From the human T2T-CHM13v2.0 reference genome, Homo sapiens, in the NCBI RefSeq assembly GCF_009914755.1, contig NC_060936.1: a stretch of DNA of 64,000 bases; one strand, given 5' to 3'. The translations under genes were made by a program, and so were the position numbers. Numbering within the stretch: position 1 is the stretch's first letter; each line of letters begins with the position of its first letter. The notes under the pieces were generated by a model that made no database searches, was not told where the DNA came from, and saw nothing but the letters and a program-made list of their open reading frames with translations. Below, piece after piece: positions 13,461 through 29,639 of this stretch.

Positions 13461-13651
13461 CCCAACTAGTATATTTTAGTGCCTCTTTGAACCATGACAT
13501 TGGCCATGAAGAAAGTGGTAGCATCTCATCACATGTTCTAGAGAGGCCACTGGAACATCTTCTAGACTTTCTAAAGAGAGAGTTAACCTCTTCTTCTAAT
13601 CAATATATAAGAACCATGTGTCACATTAATAAAGCTAATCATGTAATTGCA

Positions 13652-13914
13652 GATATATGTATACATACATACACATATATACATATGTATACATGCACTC
13701 ATATATATACCTATGCACAGTAGATGCATACATATATGCATACATTTGTATGTATGAATTTACATACACAATTGCATATAGACAAACACTATATACATGC
13801 ATATATATAAAGTATAAGGTCAGAAACTAAATACAGTATATATGTATGTATATATATGTAAATGTGTATATATATATGAACTCATGTATATACATTCACA
13901 TATATATGTACATA
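13652..13914. repeat. (TA)/(TACA)/(TATG) low-complexity tract
   Basis: Direct reading. Confidence 0.85.
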
Positions 13915-14849
13915 TGAGTCAGATCAGAAATTACATTTATTTTTCTTGTTCATGTGTTTCTTCTTCAGTGATATATCCCCACCATTCTGTGAGAATGGTT
14001 GGAAATTCTGATCACTTCACACCCAAATTCTCTGGTTTGTTGCAAATTTTTTTTCTCAAAATAATACTACTCAAATTTTAAAAATATATTTATTTTTAAA
14101 AGAGTTGGGCATATCTGATATAGCTTAGGCTAAGCTAAGTGTTCATGGTTTCTATCCAGTGAAATATGAGTGAACAAGAGTTTGGGGAGATTTAAGGATG
14201 GATTCATATGCAGCCATTAGAATATTTCCGGAATACCTACCTACTAGAAGCGGAACTTATAACATATTATGATCATGCTTGTGGAAATTTATGCTGGCTA
14301 GCATTTGGGGGACATCGCCTGGATCAAGGCCAAGGTCACTCTTGTCTCTAGCACACATGCAGATATGCTTCTCATCACAGTAGATACCTTAATTCAGAAT
14401 GATCCTACAGAAGCAGACATCCCTACCAGATTGCTATTGCTGTGAATGCAACTCCGAAGGGGACTGGACCACAGGCAGCTGGACTTTACATAAGTTACAA
14501 CAGGAATTTCTGTCCAATGGATAAGCTTGGCCTTTATGACATACACATCAGAGGAAAGAGTTAGCCAACAGGTAGGAGCTACTGTGAGGCTGATTTCAAA
14601 TATGTTGCCTTTTTCCTATCTTCAGCCTTTAAGATAGTGCAAATCTTTCTATTTTCTCCCTACCTCCAGCTTTAAGTCCCTTCCAGTGATTGCCAAAATC
14701 TGAAGCCCAAAAGTGGGGATAGGAAGAAAGCTTGACCCAAAAGTGTCCTTGGATGTTGTGAATACAATGCGTTCATAATTTTTCTTGTCACACTGTATCA
14801 CACACTAGTTCTAGCTTTTATGTCTCATGATCCTCCACCAGAATGTATA

Positions 14850-15400
14850 AAATTTAAAAAAGACTGTCAGTACTAACAACTGGTAAGGCTGTAGAGCAAT
14901 AGGACACAATGCTTTTGGGAATGTGAATTGGCAGTATCACTTTGGAAAACTGCTTGGCAGTATCTGATAATACTGAACACATGTATGTTCCCATGACCCA
15001 GAAATTTCACTCTTAAAGGCATACTCCCCCTAGAATGAGTGCTTATGTGCACCAAAAGACATGCATAAGAATATTTTAAGCAGATTTATTTGCTACAACT
15101 CGAAGCTGGGAAACAAAACAAAACAAATGTCCATTGAGAACAGAAAGGATAAATGCGGTATGCTCATGAAATGGAATACTATACAGTCATGAAAAAGAAC
15201 AAACTGGAGCCACGTGCAATAAGTTAGATTAATTCACAGACATGACTGAAAGAAACCAGACATAAAAGAGAACATAATGTGTGGTCCTATTTGTATGAAG
15301 TTCAAAAATAGGCAAAATTATCTATGGCAATAGAAGTCAGAAGAGAAGTCAGAATAGAAGTCAGAATTATTTCCCTTCTTAGGGAGAGAATTTACTGGCA
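14850..15400 (+). mobile_element. L1ME-type 3' fragment
   Basis: CACTTTGGAAAACTGCTTGGCAGTATCT, ATGGAATACTATACAG, AAGTTCAAAAATAGGCAAAA. Confidence 0.8.
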
Positions 15401-15698
15401 GGACGGGGCGTGATGGCTCACGCCTGTAATCCCAACACTTTAGGAGGTTGAGGTGGGAGGATTTCTTGAGCCCAGGAATTCCAGACCAGCCCTGGCAATA
15501 TAGGAAGACCTCATCTCTTTTTAAAAAAAATTTTTTTTAAATTTTGGTGCATGCCTGTCATCCCAGTTACTTGGGAAGCTGAGGTGGAGGATTGCTTTAG
15601 TCTAAGAGGTCGGGGCTGCAGTGAGCTATGATCACACCACTGCACTCTAGCCTGGGTGACAGAGCACAAGACCCTGTCTCAAAAAATAAAAATAAAGA
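15401..15698 (+). mobile_element. AluJ
   Basis: Diverged dimer. Confidence 0.92.
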
Positions 15699-16507
15699 AA
15701 TATGTATGTGTTTACTATGTGACAGGAACTGTTTGTAAATAAAGGACTTTCTAAGAGACAATCAGAAGGGGGACACTTTCCAGCCTGGCTCAGCATCTCC
15801 AAAATGCAAATGAAGATATTACTCTCCCTCGTGAATTTCAGAGATACCCTCCCTGCTCTCATTCTGGAGAGACCAGTGGGAAAAATTGACCCTTCCTTGG
15901 CCCCAGTGTCCTCTGCCCACCGCCTCCTCCCTGAGAGCAGACATCCCAGCACTTCCGCTGGAACCCGACAAGCTGTCTCCCTCTGCCACAGGACACTCAG
16001 CCAGAGAGTCACTGGTCACTCTGTGGAAGGTTAATTGCTGGTCCCACTACAATAATTACACCCACGGCTAGAACATGGAGCAAAGCAACAAATTTCAACA
16101 TCACAGGGTGGAGAGGGCAGGGAGAATCACAAAGCTGTTGAAACTGAAGTTCTCAATGCGTGCGATTTATGGCTGAGCAGCTATCTCAGTCTGTAGCATC
16201 AAAGCCTTAGGTGAGAGCAGAGGTGACAGGGACACCCAATGCCTCGGTGGCCAGTTCCTGCTCAATTTGAGGTCACAGGTCACATGAGATCTATCTGTTG
16301 ACTTGGAAACTCTTCAAATCTGGGCACAACTCCCTGTGCCCACAGATAACTCCATTCTTCTCACACGCTTTTGGGTATCTCGAGTGGTGATTGAGAATAG
16401 CTCCTGCTCCTCTCCTTCTCTGCCAGCTGCTAGAGGAAATGTCTCCGCTATGAATAGTAGGAATTGTGTTTAATATTTGCGAGATTTGCTTCAAAATCAT
16501 GTGGATA

Positions 16508-16808
16508 GGCCGGGCGCGGTGGCTCATGCCTGTAATCCCAGCACTTTGGGAGGCCGAGGCGGGCGGATCACAAGGTCAGGAGATCGAGACCATCCTGGCT
16601 AACATGGGGAAACCCTGTATCTATTAAATATACAAAAAAATTAGACAGGCGTGGTGGCGGGTGCCTGTAGTTCCAGCTACTCAGGAGGCTGAGGCAGGAG
16701 AATGGCCTGAACCCGGAAGGCAGAGCTTTCAGTGAGCTGAGATCACACCACTGCACTGCAGCCTGGGCGACAGAGCTGGACTCCATCTCAAAAAAAAAAA
16801 TAAAAAAA
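16508..16808 (+). mobile_element. AluY
   Basis: Y diagnostics GAGATCGAGACCATCCTGGCTAAC and GAATGGC. Confidence 0.93.
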
Positions 16809-17026
16809 GGTCTGGATAGCAGTTACCTTTGGTAGAGTTATAGATAACCCTGAGATTAGCCATTAGTTACAAGTAACTTCAAAATCAGTAATTAATTTAT
16901 GAGTAGTGGGTACATGGGGTCCATGAAGCCATTCACTCTCGTTTTGTATTTGTTTGAATTTTTTCATATTAATATCTTCTTATTACATTTTCATATTAAT
17001 GCAAAAACAAAACATGTTTTTTGAAG

Positions 17027-17137
17027 GAGCATGGTGGCTCACATCTGTAATCCCAGCACTTTGGGAGGTCAAGGTGGGAGGACCACTTGGGCCCAGGAGT
17101 TCAAGACTAGCCTGGGCAACATAGCAAGTCCCTGTCC

Positions 17138-17170
<33 letters not shown>

Positions 17171-17347
17171 TAGCCACACAGGCATGGCCTGGTGGTGTGC
17201 ATTTGTGGTTACAGCGACCCCATGAGCTGATGTGGGAGGATTACTTGAGCCCAGGACATCGAGGCTGCCATGAGTCGTGATCGTGCCACCACTGACCTCC
17301 AGTCTAGTGACAGGGAAAGCCAATCGCAAAAGAAGGGGAAAAAAAAG
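17027..17347 (+). mobile_element. AluJ with (CA)n in the middle linker
   Basis: Dimer; CA run ~17140-17168. Confidence 0.9.
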
Positions 17348-17419
17348 ACAATCGACTAAGCTGAACGAAATAAAATCCAAAGTAAGAATTCAGGGAAGGC
17401 CTTCAAAGAAGACATTCCA

Positions 17420-18000
<581 letters not shown>

Positions 18001-18058
18001 ATTCTCCCTCTGTGACTACATCCTGGAGGCCTCAACACCCATCCTTGCTGTTTGATAG

Positions 18059-18826
<768 letters not shown>

Positions 18827-18851
18827 TTTTATTTCTAATAATCCATCCTTC

Positions 18852-19326
18852 CCTACCAAAAAGACACCTGCACTCACATGTTCATCACAGCACATTCACA
18901 ATATAAAAGAAATGGAATCAACCTAGGACTGGATACAGAAAATGTGGTACATATACACCATGGAATACTATGCAGCCATAAAAAAGAGAATGAAATCATG
19001 TCCTTTGCAGCAACATGGATGCAGCTGGAGGCCATGATCCTAAGCAAATTAACACAGAAACAAAACCCCAAAATACCCCATGTTCTCTCTTACAAGTGGG
19101 AACTAATCATTGGGTACACATGGACATAAAGATGGGGACAACAGACACTCTAGAAGTGGGGAGGGAGGGGAGGAGGCAAAACTGAAAAACTACCTATCAA
19201 GTACTATGCTCACTGTTTGGGTGACGGGTCCAATTGAATCTCTAACTCAGCATCACACAACATACTCATGTAACAAATCTGTACATGTACCCCCTGAATC
19301 TAAAATTTACAACAAAATTGAAAAAC
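18852..19326 (+). mobile_element. L1PA16/L1PB 3' end
   Basis: GAAAATGTGGTACATATACACCATGGAATACTATGCAGCCATAAAAAAG; TSD AATC(C/T)ATCCTTC (18840-18851 / 19327-19338). Confidence 0.9.
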
Positions 19327-19611
19327 AATCTATCCTTCAGAAATACTCACCCAGGCATACAACAATGTAATTGTTGCAGCATTGGTTATAACCAACAAAA
19401 AAAATGAAAACAACCTCAGTGTCCATGAACTGGGGATTAGTGAAATAAACAGAAGCACAGCTGTATTATGGAGCACTCAGCAGCAGTTTAGATGTACTGT
19501 TATGGTAAGAGGTCCCTGATATATTGTTATATGGAAGAAGAAAAAAAAGCAAGTTGCAACAAAATAGGTTTTGCCTTATTTAATGTTTTCTATATTTAAA
19601 AAAAAACGAAG

Positions 19612-19934
<323 letters not shown>

Positions 19935-19989
19935 CTACTCACTAAACTACAGATGGTGATTTCCTCTGGGGAGTGACATTGGAGGATAA

Positions 19990-20277
<288 letters not shown>

Positions 20278-20614
20278 TAATAAAAGCTCAACTTCTTGGC
20301 AGGGCAAAGTGGTAGCTGAGCAGATACTGGGAAAAGACTGCCTCAGTAGCTAGCTGGATTCAGCCAAGAGGTGACCAGGAATCCTCACGTCTACCTGCTC
20401 AGGGTGTCATTTGTAGGCATCCATGATCTATTGATCATGGCTGTGTAAGGCACAAACCAACCTCAGCCTTCACCTCACTGGCACCAGATGCCCATCAAGT
20501 CTCAGCCTTTAATTGACTTTTCTAGCTTACCTCCTGTCTCTTGGGTCTATGGGTTTAGTAATTTCCACTGGGTCACACTGTAAACCCTTATACTGAGAAC
20601 AAAACAACATCATT

Positions 20615-20883
20615 AAGAGGAAGTATGGTGTTGTGTTTGAAAGCATTCATGCTCTGGAGGCACTGCCTCGGTTTGAATCCTGGGAGTCCTAATAACTAGC
20701 TCTGTGACCCTTAAGCTTGTTGCTTAACTTCTCTGAGCCACAGCCTCCTTATCTGTAAAATAGTAACAATAATACGACCTATATAATAGGGTTCTTCTGA
20801 GGATTAAATAAAAAAAAATACAATGAAGTGTTCAGAAAGTAGTGCCTGGTACCTGGCAATGGCTCAATAAATATGAGTTACTA
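20615..20883 (+). mobile_element. MIR, near full length
   Basis: tRNA-like head, core CTTCTCTGAGCC..ATCTGTAAAA, 3' GCTCAATAAAT. Confidence 0.88.
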
Positions 20884-21439
<556 letters not shown>

Positions 21440-21596
21440 TGAGTTGCTAGTTTAATCACTCTTTATTGAGCACCTACTACCTATCAGGACTTTTCATATG
21501 CTATTTGTTATTTTTCCAACTTCTCCACAAAGCAGGTATTGTTTATTCCTGTCTTATAGGTAAGAGAATATATATGTCTTAGAAAATATATGTGTA

Positions 21597-22831
<1,235 letters not shown>

Positions 22832-22834
22832 CTA

Positions 22835-23012
22835 TGTGTCAAGTCACTGGGCAGAGACATCATCTAATTTAATCTTTAAAACAGCTGCTTTGGAAGATAT
22901 CCCTGCTTTATAGATGCAGAATTAGGACTTGAAGGACCAAGATCACATTGCAAGTAAGTGGAGAAACCAGAATTCCTACCCATGTCTCTCTGGCTGCAGA
23001 ACCCACATGCTT
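22835..23012 (-). mobile_element. MIR
   Basis: TTTATAGATGCAGAA..CCAAGATCACATTGCAAGTAAGTGG. Confidence 0.6.
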
Positions 23013-23584
23013 TTGATAAGTAACACTCACCCCAGGTAAAGCTGGGAAGAATCAAAGTTATGTATCTGCTATCAGGACCATGACACCCAAAAGTCAGTCC
23101 CTAAAATGGATTACTCAGACAGAGACATTTCACTTTATCGAGAATTATTTTCTTAAATAAGAGTCCTTCATGGGCATCTCGCAAAGTGTCTCTCCACATT
23201 GGGACTCATTCATGTCCTGCCTGCTGCTGCTGTATTCCTTGGAGAGACCCAAGATTGTGGGAATGGGATGTGCTGAGTGTGGGAAGATGTTTGTTTGGAA
23301 GCCTAAGGTTTTATGGGAATTCCTTCATCTCTGGGGATAAATGGTAGCTTACGCTAAGCCCCTGATATACATGCTGATTAACTTAGATTGAAATTTGTGA
23401 TGGGAAAATTCAAACAGAGGCATTTCCTCCAATCCACCCCCCTCTCCATTGAACTTTGACCACAACCGCAAACACCACCAAGAAACAGCTTTCCATAATA
23501 AAATAATATTAAATAATTCACTGGCAATTATAGATAACTTCCAGAATTTAACCAAATCCCATCAATCCCGTGTATCATGTACCA

Positions 23585-23720
23585 TTAGAATACCCATTTT
23601 TATGGATGAGAAAACTGAGGCTCAGAGAGGGAAGTGATTTGACCCAGGTCAAAGAGCTAGGAAGTAGAAGAGGCAGAATTTGAACCAAGTTCTGTTTGAT
23701 TCAGAAGCTGGTCCTCTTTA
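23585..23720 (-). mobile_element. MIR
   Basis: CCCATTTTTATGGATGAGAAAACTGAGGCTCAGAGAGGGAAGTGA. Confidence 0.85.
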
Positions 23721-24052
23721 TAACTGCAAAACTGATTTCTTACAGATAGGGAAGAAGAGAACAAATCAGTTGGAAGAAACAGAATGAGCAAAGTCAAGAA
23801 GACGTAAAAGCAAGGTGCATCTGACTTTACAATTCAATAGAATAAAAAACACAACAATGACGAAAATGGTGTAAAATCTGTTCATTATAAAGTGACTACC
23901 TTCACCCAGAAGAAGTCCCTCCAGTAAGGGTTCACAGGGGGGATAATGTTTGAGTCTTGAAGACCATGTCAAATGCCAATCATCTAGAAGGACGTTATTA
24001 TTAATATTACTATGTTGGTGGCCATAACTATTAGCATTATTTGTGTATGTGC

Positions 24053-24445
24053 TGATATGGTTTGGCTCTGTGTCCCCACCCAAATCTCATCTCCAATTGT
24101 AATCCCCACAGTGAGGTGGGGATTACGGAGGGACGTGTAATCCTCAGGTGTGGAGGGAGGGAAGCGATTGGATCATGGGGGTGGTTTCCCCGATGCTGTT
24201 CTCGTGATAGTGAGTTCTCACGAGAGCTGATGGTTTTAAAGTCTGGCACTTCCTCCTTCTCACACTCACTCTCTCCTGCCACCTTGTGAAGAAGGTGCTT
24301 GCTTCCCCTTCGCCTTCCACCACGATTGTAAGATTCCTGAGGCCTCCCCAGCCAGGTGGAACTGTGAGTCTATTAAACCTCTTTCCTTCATAAATTACCC
24401 AGTCTTGGGTATTTCTTTATAGCAGTGCGAAAGTGGACTAATATA
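24053..24445 (+). mobile_element. THE1D-like solo LTR
   Basis: TGATATGGTTTGGCTCTGTGTCC...GGACTAATATA; perfect TSD TGTGC (24048-24052 / 24446-24450). Confidence 0.95.
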
Positions 24446-24450
24446 TGTGC

Positions 24451-24885
24451 ATTGGTGAGAGTCAATAGTTGTATGTGACAGAATCCCAACTCAAACTAGC
24501 TTTAAGAGAAAAATGAGATTCACTGATTTACGTATGTGGAAAGGAAAACGTGGTTACATAGATTCTAACAATATTGGCTGGTCTCAACTCAGCCCTCTTT
24601 AACTCTCTTCTGCCTTGCCTCTCAATGCATTGGTCTCATTCTAAAGCTATTTAGCTGGGTTTTCCTGGCTACAGCATAGCTCCAGGCAGCTTCAGGTGAG
24701 TGACATCAATCACCTCAGCACCCCAAAGCTAAAAAGAAAAGCCTTTTGCCTCCAGCATTGAGGGACATAATGCCTAGAAATGATCCTATTGGTTAGGTTG
24801 GGGTTTTATGGTTCTCCCTGAGCTAATCACTGAGGCCAGGACATGGGAATCTGTGATTGGCCAACTCTGGGTCACATGGCCCACC
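24451..24885 (-). mobile_element. MLT1K-like MaLR LTR
   Basis: GTGACAGAATCCCAACTCAAACTAGCTTTAA..CTGTGATTGGCCA..GGGTCACATG. Confidence 0.65.
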
Positions 24886-25166
24886 ATCACCCATAACAGC
24901 CAACCAGTAAAATTGCTTCTCTCATAAAGCTGATGTGACCATTAAATGAGTTAATATTTGTGAATGCTCAGAAAAGTGCTTGGCAAATATTAAATATTAA
25001 ACCTTCAACAAATGTTAGTCATCAGTTTACCTCTTTTCATTCCCTCAAGACATCCAAGCTCCTCTCCTTGACTGCTGAGACCAGAGCTCATGTACCCCTT
25101 TTATTAACAAAACAGCCACTTTCAGGCACCATCATATTTGATGCCTCATAAGAATACTGTGAATAT

Positions 25167-25430
25167 GGCTGGGCACAGTGGCTTATGCCTGTAACCCCAG
25201 CACTTTAGGAGGTCAAGGTGGGTGGATCACTTGAGGCCAGGAGTTCGAGACCAGCCTGGCCATCCTGGTGAAACTGCGCGTGGTGGTATGTGCCTGTATT
25301 CCTAGCTACTTGGAAGGCTGAGGTGGGAGGGTTGCTTGAACCTGGGAGGCAGAGGTAGCAGTGAACCAAGATCATGCCACTGCACTCCAGCCTGGGCGAG
25401 AGAATGAGACTCTGTCTCAAAAAAAAAAAA
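25167..25430 (+). mobile_element. Alu with deletion of the middle linker
   Basis: TSD AAT(A/G)CTGTGAATA. Confidence 0.92.
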
Positions 25431-25789
25431 TGCTGTGAATAGTTGTATATTTTCGTTCTCATTTTAGAAAAGAGAAAATTGTGAGGCTCAGCATCTGCCT
25501 TAGTCCAAGAGCAGTGGCTGCATGTCAATAAGTAGCTTTAGAAAGAATGCCTTTGACAGACGGGAAACAGAGTCCCAGAGAGCAAAGGGACCTCTTCACA
25601 TTGTGTCAGTAACAGAGCCTGGTTTCAACTCGACTCTCCCAAACTCTCTCCGCCTCTCTTCTAAGTGCACTGGCCTCATTCTCGTGCTATTTCTCAGTCC
25701 TGGCCTCATGTTATTCCCTTGATATGAAGCTTTAGTTCACTGGCTGCCTCTTCAATGCCAGCGCCTGGGCTGAGCCCTTTTCTTGCATT

Positions 25790-25910
25790 ACTTATCGCAT
25801 CCCTGTTTTCACATGGCCCTCTGAGAGGTCAAGTGACTTCCTCAAGGTCATACAGCAAGAAAGTGGCAGAGGCAGGATTAAGATTAGGACTATCAGACCC
25901 TGGAATCCAT
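25790..25910 (-). mobile_element. MIR
   Basis: GAGAGGTCAAGTGACTTCCTCAAGGTCATACAGCAAGAAAGTGGCAGAG. Confidence 0.75.
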
Positions 25911-25999
25911 ACTTGAGATCTCTGTACCAAACTGTCTTTGGCTCAGATTAAGTTTACTGAAGGATTTCCGGGATGTTGCTTTGTGCCAGATCAGGAAGA

Positions 26000-26215
26000 C
26001 GTATGGGGCAGTAGAAAGGGTGTACACTTAAGGACCAGCGAGAATTGGAATGGAACTCTAGCTTTGCAACTAGTAAGCCGCTTGACCTTGGAGGGGTTAA
26101 CTTCTCTGAGCCCTGGTTTCTTCTCTCTGACATGGGGATAACTCTTGCGTTGCAAGGCTTGGATTGATAGTGTATGTAACGCTCGGTGAAGAGTCTCAGT
26201 AAATATTTAGATAAT
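26000..26215 (+). mobile_element. MIR
   Basis: TTGACCTTGG..TTAACTTCTCTGAGCCCTGGTTTCTTC. Confidence 0.7.
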
Positions 26216-26298
26216 GACCATTCCATTGCTAGTCTTATTGTTACCTAAAGAGTGTGAGTTTAACTACAACTGGCCGCTGCCAAGGGACTAACCATCTA

Positions 26299-26332
26299 AG
26301 CAATGAAAGAGCATTGTCACCAGGGGGCAGCA
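26299..26332 (+). promoter_or_regulatory. Candidate CTCF site with upstream (ZF9-11) module
   Basis: Core TTGTCACCAGGGGGCAGCA (26314-26332) in unique sequence; AGCAAT at 26299 at the canonical spacing. Confidence 0.65.
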
Positions 26333-26489
26333 GAGCTCCAGCAGAATCTGCAGGGCCTCACTACGCCCACCTCAATTCTGGTCATGACCTTTGGGGGACC
26401 TCAAAAGTCTAATCAGCCTGGCTTTTGTGTGGTTTGATCATAGAAGGAAATTGCAGGCGCCTCTTACTTTAAGCAAAGCCAATCGTTTA

Positions 26490-26690
26490 AGAGCCCCAGA
26501 CTTCTGGAATTAGATAAAGCTGGCTGCATGACTTTGAATAAGTCATTAACCTTTCTAAGCCTTTGTCTCCTCATCTTTAAAATATGTATAATGTCAGTAA
26601 CCACACCGTGGTGACGTTATAAAAATTAAATGAGAACATGTAAAGTAAAGCACTGTGGGCAAACAGTAAGGATCAAAACACAATAAATAG
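26490..26690 (+). mobile_element. MIR
   Basis: ATGACTTTGAATAAGTCATTAACCTTTCTAAGCC..CTCCTCATCT. Confidence 0.75.
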
Positions 26691-26697
26691 TCATTTA

Positions 26698-27045
<348 letters not shown>

Positions 27046-27367
27046 TTAAACTTTTTTTAAAAAGTACTTGATTATACCAAAAAACTTATTGGGACATGCA
27101 AGCAGAGATCTGTGTGGAAGGATGTTCACTGCAGTGTTGTTTATAATAGCAGAAAAATTGGAAAAATAGAAAGTTCAACAATAGGGCAAAACCAACCAAA
27201 CAGAACTGGTTAAATAAGTTTAAGGGTTCTTGTATTAACAAATGCTGAGCAACCTTGACCTAATGTGAATAAACTTTGACATGAAGAGACAACAACAATA
27301 TATTCTTGAATAAAAACCAAGTGTGCAAGCCAGCAAGTGTAGTACAACCCCATGTATGCAAAATTGC

Positions 27368-27863
27368 CTCATTCTACCATAAAGACACATGCATGTGCAT
27401 GTTCACTGCAGCACTGTTCACAATAGCAAAGACACGGAATCAACCTAAATGCCCATCAATGACAGGCTGGATAAAAAAATATATGGTACCTATGCACCGT
27501 GGAATATTATGCAGTCATAAAAAAACGAGATCATGTCTTTTGTGGGAACATGGATAGAGCTGGAGGCCATCATCCTTAGCAAACTAGCACAGGAATATAA
27601 AACCAAATACTGCATGTTCTTATGCATAAGTGGAAGCTAAATGATAACATATGAACACAGAGAGGAACAGCAGACACTGGTGCCTACTTGAGGGGGGAGG
27701 GTCAGAGGAGGGAGAGGAGCAGAAAAGACAACTATTGGGTACTGAGCTTAATACCTGGGTGATGTAATAATATGTACAACAAACCCCTGTGACATGTGTT
27801 TATCTATGTAACAAACCTTTACATATAACCCCAGACCTAAAATAAAAATTAAAAGAAAAAAAA
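27368..27863 (+). mobile_element. L1PA15/16-like 3' end, inside older L1M sequence
   Basis: CATAAAGACACATGC..ATGTTCACTGCAGCAC..TACCTGGGTGATGTAATAAT; TSD CAAAATTGC. Confidence 0.88.
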
Positions 27864-28019
27864 CAAAATTGCGTCTGTGTGTATGTCTGTGTGTGTGCAC
27901 CACATGTGCGTGTACATTCTCAGAGTTATGTGGGAGATCCATCCGATATAAACAGTGGTTACCTTTGGGCAGTGGGATTTGGAGGTAACTTTTAGCTTTA
28001 TATTTTAAAAGAAAAATAA

Positions 28020-29050
28020 AAAGAGAGAAGTTGCAAGTATAGTACAATGAAGTCCTATACTCCCTTCAGTCAGATTCAGCATTGCCAACATTGTGCCACA
28101 TTCGCTTTATCTATACCTACACCTATACCTATATCTCTCTATATACCTACACCTATACCTATCTCTCTATATACCTACACCTATACCTATCTCTCTATAT
28201 ACCTACAGCTATGCCCATGTCTACCTATCTGTATCTACCAATATGCCTATGCCAATACATATATCTACCTATATACCTATGCCTGTACCTATATCTACCT
28301 ACATACCTACTCTTGTACCTATATTTACCTACATACATGTGCCAGTCCCTATATCTACCTACATACCTATGCCTGTACCTATATCTAACTACATACCTAG
28401 ATCTATATCTATCTATATATGTATGCCTATAGCTCTATCTACCTACATACCTATGCCTATACCTATATCTACCTGTATACCTACACCTATACTTATATCT
28501 ACCTATATACCTATAGCTATATCTATCTATATACCTACAACTATATCTATATCTATCTATATACCTACAACTATATCTATATCTACCTGTATACCTATGC
28601 CTATACCTATATCTACCTACATACCTATGCCTATATTTACCTGTATACCTACACCTATACTTATATATACCTATATACCTATAGCTATATCTATCTATAT
28701 ACCTACAACTGTATCTATATCTATGTGTATACCTATACCTATACGTATAACTACCTATGTACCTACACCTATACCTATATCTATCTATATACCTGTACCT
28801 ATGTCTATATACCTATGCCCATACCCATATCTATTTATATACCTACGCATATACTTGTATCTACCTATCTACCTACACCTATATCTACATACATGTTATG
28901 ATTGTTATTTTTGTGGAACCATTTTGAAAGCAAGTTGAAAACATCAAGAAGTTCTATCCCTTAGTTCTTCAGCGTGCATCTTCTAAGAGCAAGAACATTC
29001 TCCTCTTACATAATCACAGCACAGTTATTTTATTTCTATTATCTAACATG
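28020..29050 (-). mobile_element. L1MC4/5-like 3' end split by a minisatellite
   Basis: AGTTGCAAGTATAGTACAA..AACATTGTGCCACATT on the left; GAACCATTTTGAAAGCAAGTTG on the right. Confidence 0.65.
28107..28893. repeat. Complex (CTATAC)n-based minisatellite, ~790 bp
   Basis: Hexamer variants CTATAC/CTATAT/CTACAC/CTATGC with longer duplicated blocks. Confidence 0.95.
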
Positions 29051-29639
29051 CATACAAATTTCACCAGTTATATATAAATGTGTGTGTGTGTGTGTACACA
29101 TACAGCATCATCTTCACAACTTGAAAGCACCATACAAGTATTCCATTTGAGGAAAAGAACAAAATACAATTCAGATACTCGATGAGGTCTTTATTGTTGA
29201 AACAAATGTGAGCCAAAAGGCCACCATCAGGCTCTGCCCTGAACACTGCCCAGAAGAGCGGCTTCTCTCCCCTTCTTATGCTACCTGGGGTGGGGCAAAT
29301 GGATCTCAGCTGGGAAGATTCTTCCTGGTTGACTCACTAGAGAAGCCCAAATGTCACTCCCACCCCCTCCAAACTCAGATAGGCATCAAAGAGAGGACCG
29401 CCTCATTCCTGCTTCCATCTCTGCAACCACTTGCCTCTGCAGGTCAAAGAAAAAGCCCTCGGGCAACTCGAGATTATGGACTAGAAATATTTCTCTTCCT
29501 CCTTTTTAAATTTATAATGTACCTTTGTGGGGAGATTGAGATAGGCTGTAGAAGAAAACTCCCAGTGTCTCCAATTCTTACCCAGGAGACCAAGAGTAAA
29601 GGTACTGTGACCACTATGGAGGTTGGTGTCTCATTATGT

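Noticed and set aside
28047-28938. ORFs up to 281 aa rich in I/P/Y/T/S
   Set aside because: Translation of the CTATAC minisatellite; there is no gene context.
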